This document shows, one piece after another, positions 9,499-18,644 of a stretch of DNA of 40,444 nucleotides; position 1 is the first letter of the stretch, and every line of letters starts with the position of its first letter. Where the stretch lies: IMG/VR virus record IMGVR_UViG_2579778961_000003, one strand, 5' to 3'. The DNA comes from a virus. Taxonomy: Duplodnaviria > Heunggongvirae > Uroviricota > Caudoviricetes. The notes beneath the pieces are model-generated. The model was not told the origin of the DNA. It saw nothing but the letters and a program-made list of their open reading frames with translations, and did no database searches. The position numbers and the translations under genes are program-made.

Positions 9499-12449
9499 CA
9501 GCGGTACTCCTTACGTTGTTTCTGAGCCAGCAGACGCTCCAGCATTTTTTCCAGCTCATGCAGACTCATATTCAGGGCACCAGTCAGTCCTGCAGGCGCT
9601 GTGGTTTCCCTGCCATTGAGGAAAAACTGAGGATTAAAGCTGACCTGGATACCACCAGACGTTCCACCGCCGGTTGCAGCTGCACCACGGCCTGAATATC
9701 CGGCAGCCAGGATTTCAGGCGAGGGGATACGGGGAACATCCGGTGTCATCTCATTTGCCAGACGTTGCCCTGGTAAAATCGATGCCCGGGTGGAGAGCGG
9801 AATAGCGGGCATGGAAGACAAACTATTGATTACGGCTCCGATCGCATTTTTAGCAGACGACATAAACCCATTGATATCGGGCAACGGCATACTGAAGCGA
9901 ACACCTGAAGTGTTATCCCGTATTTCTGGCCCCTGAATGCTCACGGGCATTCTGGGGAGCAGTTCACTGGCCATTCGCTGCCCGGCCAGAGCTGCAAGCG
10001 GAGTGGTCCGCTGCAGGCCAATGGCGGCCCCCTGCGCGATATTGTCACCAAAGCCCATAAACACGCGGCTCGGCGAATGAATGCCCAGCTTTTCGCTGAA
10101 CCAGCCACTGATGCTGTCGCCCATTCCGGTTACACTGGATTTGAGCGACTCCCATTTGTTTTTGATACCGTTAATCAGACCATCGACAAGATGGCCACCG
10201 AAGTCGGTAAACTTTGCCGGCAGATCAACACCAAGATATTTCAGCGCAGCTGCAAAGGCTTTATAGAGCAGACCTGCCGGCGACCAGTTAATCAGCAGCT
10301 TACCAGTTCCCGCGATACCGCCGTTAAAGGCTTCCTGAATGTCAGCCCAGCATTGTTTAAACCAGCTACTGATGCTGTCACCCATTCCGGTTACACTGGA
10401 TTTGAGCGACCCCCATTTGTTTTTGATACCGTTAATCAAACCGTCGATAAGATGGCCACCGAAGTCGGTGAACTTTGCCGGCAGAGTAACGCCGAAATAT
10501 TTCAGCGCAGCCGCAAAGGCTTTATAGAGCAGGCCTGCCGGCGACCAGTTAATCAGCAGCTTACCAGTTCCCGCGATACCGCCGTTAAAGGCTTCCTGAA
10601 TGTCAGCCCAGCGCTGTTTAAACCAGCCACTGACTGCCCCCCAGTTGCGGTAGATAAGGTAAGCTGCTGCCGCGACAGCGGTGATAACGAGACCGATGGG
10701 ATTCATCATCAGCGCTCGCCCAATCCAGAGAACGGCACGTGCAGCGCTCATAAAACCGCGAACGAGGCTGCCCGCCAGAACTTTGCTGAGTTTCAGTCCT
10801 CCGCTGGTCAGTCGGCTGAATCCAGTGACAAGCCAGCGTAATTTGCCACCTTCTCCGAGTGCGGTAGTCAGTCGATGCCAGTTGGTCCGGAGTAAAACAG
10901 CAGTTTTCCAGACGTTCACAAAGGGGGAAATAAGGAGATTCAGCCCCAGTTTGAGACCAACAGTCGCTATCTTAATCGCAAGGAGCGCACTGATGAGCTT
11001 AAAAGCCCCACTGACAAATTGCGGGTGAGTCGCCACCCAGTGTTTTGTCCCCTGAATGAGTGGGAGCAAGTCCTGAGTCAGAGAAATAAAAGATGGAGCT
11101 AATTGATCGCCCAGCGTAATTGCCAGATCGCGACTGCTGACCATAAGTGTTTTAGTGGCTTCAAGGGGAGATTTCAGCCGCTGATCATAAGCACTGGCAA
11201 GCAAATCGTTATCCGCAGCCCTGAGAGCACCGGCACGGATCTCTCGATATCTGTCCATGTTGGCCAGCATCGGGCGGATAAATGCCATGACCTGCATATC
11301 CGCGAACATATCGCCCAGACCAAAGTTTTTCGCCAGAGCCTGAAGTGCCTCATCTCTTGCCGTATCATTCTTTATTTTCATGGCTGATTTGAAGCCGGCC
11401 AGCGCTTCGGGGCTTTTGGCATTGAGGTAACGTTCTATAACACTCAACATCCCTTCAATCGGAGAGATCCCCGCAGCTTTATAACTCGCAATAGATCCCT
11501 GCAAATCAATACCCAGATCAGCAAACTGTTTCTGAGTATCGCGGGCAAAAATTTTGGTAAGAAAGTTTTTAAAATTATTGGCTGCTTCGTCGGTGGAACC
11601 TGCACCGATTTTTGCTATCTGGAGACTGGCCCCGATTTCAGCAACAGCCTCTTTTCCACTGGCAATACCCGCCATCATTGGGGCCAGGGACTGCATCCAC
11701 TTGACCTGATCCGGGATTTCAAATGACCCCTGGTCACCGGCATAAGCCATAATATTCTGAACGGCACCAAAATCTCTGGCCGCGCCTTTCAGGGAGTTTT
11801 GCCAGACTGCGGCCACTTTTGCCCAGTCCTGAGCAGACGTGCGTGTTGCCGTTGCCGCGCGGGCAATATCCGGCATCAGAAAACCGATATCTGACACATT
11901 ATCAATATTGTCGCTGATGAGTGAACCCATCGCCTCCTGCAGCTCATCCTGATACTGATTGTATTTAAGCGCCCAGCCTTTTATCTGTCCGGCAAGTGCA
12001 TCCCGCGTTTTATTGTCATATTTTGCGGTGATCGACATATCAATCATTTTGTCCTGAAAAGACATGGACTGCTGAACGGCAGGGGAAACCGTATGATAAA
12101 CAGTCTGTGCCATGCCATACGCTTCAATCCCCTGACCATACAGCGCCATGCGGTTAGCTTTCAGCGCATCACTGGTAGCGGATGCCGCTGACAGACGGCG
12201 CTGCTGGCGCTCAATTTGCTCCATGGTGCGGCTTACCCGCAGCAGCTCGCTGTTGAGATGCTGCATCCGGGAAGAACCCAGTTGACCATAACGTTCTGTT
12301 GCACGGGTTAAAGCGTTCTGACGTTCCTGCAGGCGGCGTGAGGTATCGCTCAGGGAATCAAGCGCACGGCGGGTACCGCTCATTGCAGAACGGAATGTGC
12401 TGCCAATCATCCCGCCGATAACAACGCCGACTGAAAACTGTCCCGACAT
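9498..12449 (-). CDS. Tail tape measure protein
   Basis: 983 aa, coiled-coil N-terminal region, hydrophobic central region, located after the frameshifted tail chaperone. Confidence 0.9.
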   Translation of the reverse strand: MSGQFSVGVVIGGMIGSTFRSAMSGTRRALDSLSDTSRRLQERQNALTRATERYGQLGSSRMQHLNSELLRVSRTMEQIERQQRRLSAASATSDALKANRMALYGQGIEAYGMAQTVYHTVSPAVQQSMSFQDKMIDMSITAKYDNKTRDALAGQIKGWALKYNQYQDELQEAMGSLISDNIDNVSDIGFLMPDIARAATATRTSAQDWAKVAAVWQNSLKGAARDFGAVQNIMAYAGDQGSFEIPDQVKWMQSLAPMMAGIASGKEAVAEIGASLQIAKIGAGSTDEAANNFKNFLTKIFARDTQKQFADLGIDLQGSIASYKAAGISPIEGMLSVIERYLNAKSPEALAGFKSAMKIKNDTARDEALQALAKNFGLGDMFADMQVMAFIRPMLANMDRYREIRAGALRAADNDLLASAYDQRLKSPLEATKTLMVSSRDLAITLGDQLAPSFISLTQDLLPLIQGTKHWVATHPQFVSGAFKLISALLAIKIATVGLKLGLNLLISPFVNVWKTAVLLRTNWHRLTTALGEGGKLRWLVTGFSRLTSGGLKLSKVLAGSLVRGFMSAARAVLWIGRALMMNPIGLVITAVAAAAYLIYRNWGAVSGWFKQRWADIQEAFNGGIAGTGKLLINWSPAGLLYKAFAAALKYFGVTLPAKFTDFGGHLIDGLINGIKNKWGSLKSSVTGMGDSISSWFKQCWADIQEAFNGGIAGTGKLLINWSPAGLLYKAFAAALKYLGVDLPAKFTDFGGHLVDGLINGIKNKWESLKSSVTGMGDSISGWFSEKLGIHSPSRVFMGFGDNIAQGAAIGLQRTTPLAALAGQRMASELLPRMPVSIQGPEIRDNTSGVRFSMPLPDINGFMSSAKNAIGAVINSLSSMPAIPLSTRASILPGQRLANEMTPDVPRIPSPEILAAGYSGRGAAATGGGTSGGIQVSFNPQFFLNGRETTAPAGLTGALNMSLHELEKMLERLLAQKQRKEYR
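10075..10640 (-). repeat. 261-bp in-frame tandem duplication (2 copies plus the start of a third) inside the tape measure gene
   Basis: ccagc(c/t)actgatgctgtc recurs at 10101, 10362 and 10623 (period 261 bp); the protein shows two 87-aa units WFKQ(R/C)WADIQEAFNGGIAGTGKLLINWSPAGLLYKAF... Confidence 0.9.
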
Positions 12450-12524
12450 AGTGGTTAACCTCCGGGGAAGGTGAAAAGACGTGAGGGGATAACGCAGAAC
12501 AGCCGCTACTGGCGGCTGTCTGTA

Positions 12525-12942
12525 CTATGATTTGTCGCCGTACTCGCTTTTGATTTGCTCTTCAGCCTGCTCCAGCCACATCTCCAGATCGTCAGTATCG
12601 AGGGCATCAATCTCCCCCGGCTGAAACCGGAACCATCTCGCCAGCAGCCCCTGCGCCTGCGTCAGCGCCCTGGTTGCTCTCACCCATCCCCGTGATGAGC
12701 TGAAATCGTTTCTGTAACTGCAGGTAATCAGCCAGATCCATATTGTCGAGATCCTCCGGGAGAAGACCAGTACTGCGGGCAATCAGCGGTTCGTCCCAGT
12801 CTGCCGGGTTTTTGCTGATTTTGCGCACCTGCTTCAGGTCTTTTACCGTCAGGCGTTTCAGTTCAACCAGCTCAATTCTGGTGCCTGCAGCAGTGGTGAA
12901 GGGATAAGACAATTTAAAAGTATCGGATGGGGTCTGTGACAT
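12525..12942 (-). CDS. Tail assembly chaperone, predicted frameshift-extended product (E+E'-like)
   Basis: Overlapping ORF 12525..12782 in the +1 frame fills the otherwise 157-nt gap before the tape measure gene; a G5 run (plus-strand C5 at 12614-12618) lies just before the zero-frame stop. Confidence 0.5.
12607..12942 (-). CDS. Tail assembly chaperone (P2 gpE-like), zero-frame product
   Basis: 111 aa ORF with AGGAG RBS between tail tube and tape measure genes. Confidence 0.7.
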   Translation of the reverse strand: MSQTPSDTFKLSYPFTTAAGTRIELVELKRLTVKDLKQVRKISKNPADWDEPLIARSTGLLPEDLDNMDLADYLQLQKRFQLITGMGESNQGADAGAGAAGEMVPVSAGGD

Positions 12943-13018
12943 GATTGTGCTCCTGTGTAAGTTCAGGGCAGTATGTCGGGAGAAGCGCGTGACGGATATT
13001 AAAGGAGATTAAGAAGAA

Positions 13019-13032
13019 GGGGCCGGAGCCCC
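13019..13032 (-). terminator. Hairpin with T-rich tail downstream of ORF 13040..13321
   Basis: Minus strand GGGGC-TCCG-GCCCC followed by TTCTTCTTAATCTCCTTT, 8 nt after the ORF stop. Confidence 0.4.
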
Positions 13033-13039
13033 TGTGATG

Positions 13040-13321
13040 TCAGCAAGTGCGAAACCCCTTGCAGTTACGCAGGAAAGCGATGAGAAGCGTCTTTCCCTCA
13101 GATTTGCCGATGCCGGAGAACCAGTGGTCGGGAGGCTCCCATGCTTCAATCAAATCCGCCAGTTTGCGGGCCTTTGAACGTGTGCAGTCAATCGGGTCAT
13201 TGGTTTTACGGGTATTAAAAAGGGTTTCCACCCCCGGAATATCAAGGAGGGTAAACCACGTACCATTTGACATGCCCAGTGCCGCACATCGTCCTCCTTT
13301 ATCCGTCAGTTCAACACTCAC
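13040..13321 (-). CDS. Hypothetical protein inserted between tail tube and tail chaperone genes (possible moron)
   Basis: 93 aa ORF starting at GTG 2 nt after the tube stop; not part of canonical P2 or Mu tail gene order; followed by its own hairpin. Confidence 0.4.
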   Translation of the reverse strand: MSVELTDKGGRCAALGMSNGTWFTLLDIPGVETLFNTRKTNDPIDCTRSKARKLADLIEAWEPPDHWFSGIGKSEGKTLLIAFLRNCKGFRTC

Positions 13322-13323
13322 CG

Positions 13324-13845
13324 TCAGCCCCCGATATTGATACGGTAGTCAGTCAGTTGATCAACACCGCCGACCCGGAAGATGTTGGCCAGATAGTCCA
13401 GTTGCAGCAGCTCTTCACCATCCAGTACCTGTCTGATATACGTGCAGGTGAAGCTACTGGAGAACTCGGCGTTCTCGTGCTGTTTGAACGTCCCCAGCGG
13501 GTTCTTCTTGAACATAATCGTCAGGAAGGTGACCAGCGGGATTTCGTCAATCAGCCCCTGCGAGCTGTAGCGCTGGACGCTGGAACGACACTGCAGTGCC
13601 AGCGACCTGTACGGGTTCGCGGCAGACAGCATCGCATCGCGGTAAAAGCTGTTCCATTTGATTTCGCCTTCCAGTTTGTCAAAACCAGCCGGGAGTTCCA
13701 CCTTACCCACCATCCCCAGCGCCTTGTGTTCCTGCATAATCATGGAGACATCGGGGAGTTTAACTTCCTCAGCCCGTCCCAGCAGGTTAGTACCATCCAG
13801 ATAGATGTTGGCATTCGTGATGCGGTTTATCTCAATCTTTGACAT
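13324..13845 (-). CDS. Tail tube protein (P2 FII-like)
   Basis: 173 aa ORF directly after the sheath gene. Confidence 0.8.
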   Translation of the reverse strand: MSKIEINRITNANIYLDGTNLLGRAEEVKLPDVSMIMQEHKALGMVGKVELPAGFDKLEGEIKWNSFYRDAMLSAANPYRSLALQCRSSVQRYSSQGLIDEIPLVTFLTIMFKKNPLGTFKQHENAEFSSSFTCTYIRQVLDGEELLQLDYLANIFRVGGVDQLTDYRINIGG

Positions 13846-15272
13846 CAGTTGCCCCCTTTCAGGGTTAACAGGTATTCCGAGGTGATCTCAGTCTCAAACG
13901 TCAGTCGCTCCAGCGGCGGTGGTGGCGTATATTTGTAGCTCAGCAACAGGTGCCCGGCGGCCAGCTCCGTCTCCGGATTGCGGGCCGGATCAAACCAGCA
14001 ACGGAAGCCCAGTACCGCACCATCACCAGTCATTTTGCGACCGTAGGCGTTGACCGACTCCGTCAGTGCATCAATCAGCGCCTGAGTAATCGGCATGTCG
14101 ATGTACTGCTGGCTGAAATAACGAATGGACTCGTTGATCACATCACCGGTGCGGCGAACGTTCTCAAAGTTACGCATATGGGTGACCGTTGGCCATGCTG
14201 CCGTCCGGTTACCCCACAGACGAAGGCCGCTGCCGTAACTGCTGAATACCGTGGTGATCCCCTGTTCGTTAAGCAGGTTCACCTCACTCTGCGGGTCATC
14301 AATCATCGCGGACAGCTGGCGCTCCACGCCGGTGATCCCCAGAATCTCCTGATTGGAGGATGACCACCAGTAGCCCTTGTCCAGATCGACTCTGGCACGC
14401 AGACCTGCTGCACGCTGGCTGAGCGGCTCCAGACGCTCTGTGTTTGTCACCGGGTCATATACCTTCACATGCGGATAGCACAGACGGACGCGGTCGGAGC
14501 TGGTATTGAAGTTGATGGTGCCTTCCGGGCCACGACCTGCCAGAGCCTGTGCAAAGGTGGTACCGACAGGCGCATCAATGTAGGTTACCGCGCCCAGCTT
14601 CTCTGCCATGGCGATAAGCTCAACTGCGACACTCTTCTGGGTGCAGAACACCGGCGCAATCAGAATTTTGGCGAAATAGCCGTACAGGTTGAAGCTGTCG
14701 TTAAGCAGCTTCATGCCGGTTCGGTTTCCGGCGCTGTTCACCCCGCCGATGATGTCCGCCGCAGTCACCTTCGACGGGTCCGCGTACTCATAGCTCACCT
14801 TCACGCTGCCACCGGCCTCAATAGCCTTGCCCAGGTTCGTGAGCACACCCGCCTGCGCATCAACACGGTAGTCCGTGTTCGCCGTGTGGGTGGTGCTGCC
14901 TTCACTGTTTTTCACCACCACATTAGCGACAACCGGATGCGCCAGTCTGGCCTGCCCTGTCGATTTGTCAAAGGTAACCACCTCATCCTCGATCGCCGTT
15001 TTATGTTTCGCCGGGTCGAGGACGTTAATGACCAGAACGGTGCCTGCACCATGGTCATAAATCGCATCCAGCGCCTGCGGAATGGTAAAGCCGGTGAACT
15101 GGCTGCCAAATGCCGCTGCGTCTTTCTCAGACAGGCACTGTACCAGCGTATTGACATCCCCCATCGGGGCGGTACCAATCAGGCCAATAACGGCAGATTT
15201 CACCGTTTTAACCGGGCGGGCACCGTTTTCCACCTCAATGGTTTCGGGACCATGCAGATAGTTAGCTGCCAT
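13845..15272 (-). CDS. Tail sheath protein
   Basis: 475 aa; size and position typical of contractile tail sheath (Mu L / P2 FI family). Confidence 0.9.
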   Translation of the reverse strand: MAANYLHGPETIEVENGARPVKTVKSAVIGLIGTAPMGDVNTLVQCLSEKDAAAFGSQFTGFTIPQALDAIYDHGAGTVLVINVLDPAKHKTAIEDEVVTFDKSTGQARLAHPVVANVVVKNSEGSTTHTANTDYRVDAQAGVLTNLGKAIEAGGSVKVSYEYADPSKVTAADIIGGVNSAGNRTGMKLLNDSFNLYGYFAKILIAPVFCTQKSVAVELIAMAEKLGAVTYIDAPVGTTFAQALAGRGPEGTINFNTSSDRVRLCYPHVKVYDPVTNTERLEPLSQRAAGLRARVDLDKGYWWSSSNQEILGITGVERQLSAMIDDPQSEVNLLNEQGITTVFSSYGSGLRLWGNRTAAWPTVTHMRNFENVRRTGDVINESIRYFSQQYIDMPITQALIDALTESVNAYGRKMTGDGAVLGFRCWFDPARNPETELAAGHLLLSYKYTPPPPLERLTFETEITSEYLLTLKGGN

Positions 15273-15516
15273 GGGTGTCCTCCGTTTTCACTTCGCTGTC
15301 ACTGCTGCTTCTGCGCTTTGGTGACTGCACAGCCGGTGTGCCGGCGGGTTTAGTCTCTTCAGGTACCGGCGTCAGATGTTTCAGCGCCACCAGTACCTTC
15401 ACGTAGTCATGCTCCTCCGGCAGGGAAACCGTCTTCCCCGGCCAGAGCAGGATTTCGGTTCCGTCCGACAGCGTGACGCCGCTGGCCGGGCCGGAATAGC
15501 GGTATTCTTTCATCAC
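15262..15516 (-). CDS. Hypothetical head-tail region protein (Mu gp38-like position)
   Basis: 84 aa ORF overlapping the sheath start by 11 nt. Confidence 0.45.
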   Translation of the reverse strand: MMKEYRYSGPASGVTLSDGTEILLWPGKTVSLPEEHDYVKVLVALKHLTPVPEETKPAGTPAVQSPKRRSSSDSEVKTEDTHGS

Positions 15517-15977
15517 TCGCTTTCCTCATAGTTCACTTCGGTTAACAGCGGGCCGGACGGTAAATCGCTGTCTTCGATAAAGACGCTTTCAGTCGCGAAG
15601 TCGAGGGCGTACTGCCACAGCCCCCTGACTTCACCGATAAACACCTCGCGGGTCAGCCAGATACGGCGGCGGCAGCCGGGCGGGGTGTGGCCACCGAGAA
15701 TGCGGCGGACAGCATCCAGGACATTAATCGCCCCTTTTTTACCGTTGAGCTGGCGGAAGACCACCGTGACGCAGAGCTGGATAGTCTGAGACTGGATCAC
15801 CGCACCGGTATCATCCGGCCTGTCAAAGCGCGAACCGGCATAGCTCAACAGCAACGCGCCAACCGGATGGTTCAGGCGATATTCAGCCGGTTTCTCCGGG
15901 AAGTACTCCACCTGCAGTTGCGGCAGCTTCTCGCGTAACCGGGCCAGTACCGCATCAAGGACGGGCAGAACGTTCAT
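15513..15977 (-). CDS. Hypothetical head-tail region protein (Mu gp37-like position)
   Basis: 154 aa ORF, start overlaps upstream stop. Confidence 0.5.
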   Translation of the reverse strand: MNVLPVLDAVLARLREKLPQLQVEYFPEKPAEYRLNHPVGALLLSYAGSRFDRPDDTGAVIQSQTIQLCVTVVFRQLNGKKGAINVLDAVRRILGGHTPPGCRRRIWLTREVFIGEVRGLWQYALDFATESVFIEDSDLPSGPLLTEVNYEESE

Positions 15978-16423
15978 CAGTATTTCTCCAGTAAACCGTC
16001 ACGACCGCCGAAAGTGGCCGGGCGACTGCGTACACGAAACTCGCCAGGCTCAGGCACATCTTTCTGAGTGGACGGCAGCCCCAGCGTGAGCCTGTTATCA
16101 CGTAACTCCCTGAGTTGCCGCAGCGCTTCTTTGTGGTCATCCTTCACCGTATCCGGGAGGTCACCTTCCGGGCGGCGGGCGTAGAGCCGGTAACGGACCA
16201 GCGTGATGGCAATGTCCCGCAGAACAGTCGGTATCTCTGCCAGTGGCAGGATATAGCGTCCGCGCAGATGGGCATCAATCAGCTCGTCGGCATAGCGGAT
16301 ACAGCTGTCCACCACACGGGTATTCACTGTTGCAGGTGAGTCGAAGTCCATCTCTTCACTGGTGAGCTCGATAAGCGTCCGCTCCGGCACCTGCGCAAGC
16401 AAATCCTCCAGGGTGCAGTACAT
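15977..16423 (-). CDS. Hypothetical head-tail connector region protein (Mu gp36-like position)
   Basis: Start placed at internal ATG 16423 (MYCTLEDLLAQ...), overlapping the upstream stop as ATGA; the ORF-track start at 16585 would overlap the neighbouring gene. Confidence 0.5.
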   Translation of the reverse strand: MYCTLEDLLAQVPERTLIELTSEEMDFDSPATVNTRVVDSCIRYADELIDAHLRGRYILPLAEIPTVLRDIAITLVRYRLYARRPEGDLPDTVKDDHKEALRQLRELRDNRLTLGLPSTQKDVPEPGEFRVRSRPATFGGRDGLLEKY

Positions 16424-16424
16424 G

Positions 16425-16763
16425 TCACACCCCGCGCAGGATACGAATGACGTCGCCTTCACCCCCGGCTTCATCAAGTGCAATACCACAGGATTTACCG
16501 TCGCCGGACTGCGGCACGGCTCTGGCCTGAGCATCTGACTGAACAGCCACACCACGGCTGACAGCGGCCCCGGCCTCGACAGCAATAATGCCCAGAACGC
16601 TCACCGGCGTGCTGTCGCCGGTAACAGCATCCACTTCGGCAACCCCGAGCGCTGCGGCACCGGCTTTACAGGGGGTATTATCTGCCCCGACAAAACGCTG
16701 CTGTGCCAGTGCTGCCCCTGCCGTTACGGTTGTGATCAGAATGACCTGCTGAGTGGTTCCCAT
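16425..16763 (-). CDS. Small Ala/Gly/Val-rich putative head protein
   Basis: 112 aa ORF directly downstream of the major head gene. Confidence 0.5.
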   Translation of the reverse strand: MGTTQQVILITTVTAGAALAQQRFVGADNTPCKAGAAALGVAEVDAVTGDSTPVSVLGIIAVEAGAAVSRGVAVQSDAQARAVPQSGDGKSCGIALDEAGGEGDVIRILRGV

Positions 16764-16772
16764 AACGCCTCC

Positions 16773-17726
16773 TTATTTACTGATACCGGTAATGAGATAC
16801 CCGGCATCGCCACCAACCACGGCGACTTTGTAGATATCGGTATAACGGCAGTACTTCACCTTGCCACCGGCTCCGTCGTATTTGTCGGCAACAGGCATCC
16901 CCTTACGACGCAGGGTGTAGCCGAAGGACGGCTCGTTCTCGTCCGCGCTGTCCGCCCCCGGCTGCGGTTTGCCGACATAGTGCAGCATCAGATTGTCTCC
17001 CCAGATATCCGCCGGCACGCTGTTCTTATCCATTGCCGCTTTCATGGACGGCAGGGAGACTGGGGCACCGATGACGATCTCTTCGATCTGAAAGAGGTCC
17101 TGCAGGATTTCTGTGGTGATGCGCTTGCGTTCGTTGGCTCCGATGGCGGCCTGAATCGCCGGGTGGAACTTCAGCAGCGCCATCACGCCGGCCCCCATGG
17201 TCATCAGGTTAGGACGCAGCCCCGTGGCCGTACGGACCGCTTCCATACCGGCTTCAATCACCCCGATGGGGTCCCCCTTACCACCGGCCCAGCGATCACT
17301 GGCTGTCAGTTTTTTGACGTGCCCGGTACGGTAGACCTTTTCATCCTGAGCCAGACGGGCAGCGATAAGTTCACGGCGCAGGTTCACGCCATTCGTGGCG
17401 CGACGGATGGCCTTGCTCTCTTCGTTAAACATGGACTCCGCCTGCTCGCGATAGTCCACCGGCGCAGCCAGATCGTGTTCACCCAGCACCAGGTCCAGCG
17501 TGCCTGTTTTTTCACGGACCAGAACATTGCTGTCCGCCCCGACGGCACGCTCGGTGTCATATTCCACAAAGGCGGTTTTCCCGAAGGTCGGTACACGCAC
17601 GCCTTCCTTGTCCGTCAGCACGACGGGGAAAATACGTTCGCCGATGAATGCGGCATTTTTATAGCCACGGGCGATACTGGTCAGTACCGGATCAACGACA
17701 CGTTTACCTTTTAAGTAATCAGACAT
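16773..17726 (-). CDS. Major head subunit (Mu gpT-like)
   Basis: 317 aa ORF following the protease/scaffold gene, typical Mu head gene order. Confidence 0.85.
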   Translation of the reverse strand: MSDYLKGKRVVDPVLTSIARGYKNAAFIGERIFPVVLTDKEGVRVPTFGKTAFVEYDTERAVGADSNVLVREKTGTLDLVLGEHDLAAPVDYREQAESMFNEESKAIRRATNGVNLRRELIAARLAQDEKVYRTGHVKKLTASDRWAGGKGDPIGVIEAGMEAVRTATGLRPNLMTMGAGVMALLKFHPAIQAAIGANERKRITTEILQDLFQIEEIVIGAPVSLPSMKAAMDKNSVPADIWGDNLMLHYVGKPQPGADSADENEPSFGYTLRRKGMPVADKYDGAGGKVKYCRYTDIYKVAVVGGDAGYLITGISK

Positions 17727-17740
17727 GCTCTCTCCTTAAA

Positions 17741-18614
17741 TTACAGGCAGCGTGCGACAGCAGCCTCATAGCTGATGCCTTCTTTTTTGGACAGGGCCAC
17801 TGCTTTCTGATGCAGGGCCAGACGCTCAGGATCGGCTTCCGCAAACTCTGCCACATCCACCTTCACCGTGTCGCCGACACGCTCTTTTGTGGCCTGTTCG
17901 GCGAAATTCATCACCGGCTCCCCGTCGGAGAGCAATGAACGAAAGGCGGTGGCCAGCGGTGTGCGGCTTTCCCCCTCAGCAAACTCCACCGGCTTGTCGC
18001 CACCGGCGACGGCATCCAGCAGGGCAACCACCACGGAGGAGGCGCGGGGAGCCAGACGGCCCTCTGCGACCAGTTTTTCTGCAAAGGCCACATTGTCCTT
18101 ATGCAGTTGCTCCTGTCTGACCTGTGCATCACGCGCATCGCGATCAGCAGCCTGCTGCTTCAGGCGGCGGTTCTCCTCCTGAAGGGCTTCAATCTCTTCT
18201 TTTGTCATCGATGATTCCTCGTTACTTGCGGAAGACGGCCCCGGGCCTGTCTCACTGAATTGTGCACCTGCTGCATCCTGCGACAGTGTGTCGCGGTACG
18301 CCTCTTCGCGCAGACTGTTGAGCTGCCATTCCGGCAGGACTTTTTCTGCCTCGTCCAGACTGAAGCGGGCGATCAGAAAATCGCGCAGCTTTCCCCACAG
18401 GGAGGCATTCGTGATGGCCTGCCAGTCGGCGAACTCCACCACACCTTCTTCCTGCTCACTGAAGGACACCTGTTTCAGCCCCTTGACGGAAGGTGGCTGT
18501 GCCCCGAGAAAGCCCACATGGCGAAGGTAGAGCACGCCGGGCTTCGGATTGGACGGTGAATCCGGGAGGTAGAAAGAGGCGGACACTTTTTTGAATCGTC
18601 CGTCGGTGACCATC
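17741..18614 (-). pseudogene. Head protease/scaffold gene I, C-terminal fragment (split by IS66 element)
   Basis: Frame continues across the IS: flank reads ...EMV | TDGRFKKVSASFYLPDSP... once the IS and one TSD copy are removed; Ala/Glu-rich scaffold-like C-terminus. Confidence 0.8.
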
Positions 18615-18644
18615 GTAAGCGTCAACGGAGCACCGTATTGACGC

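Noticed and set aside
10077-10841. Plus-strand ORFs with duplicated protein sequences (10081..10266, 10339..10527, 10077..10841)
   Set aside because: They are antisense reflections of the 261-bp tandem duplication inside the tape measure gene, not separate genes.
16980-17714. 244-aa plus-strand ORF
   Set aside because: Antisense within the major head subunit gene; no independent support.
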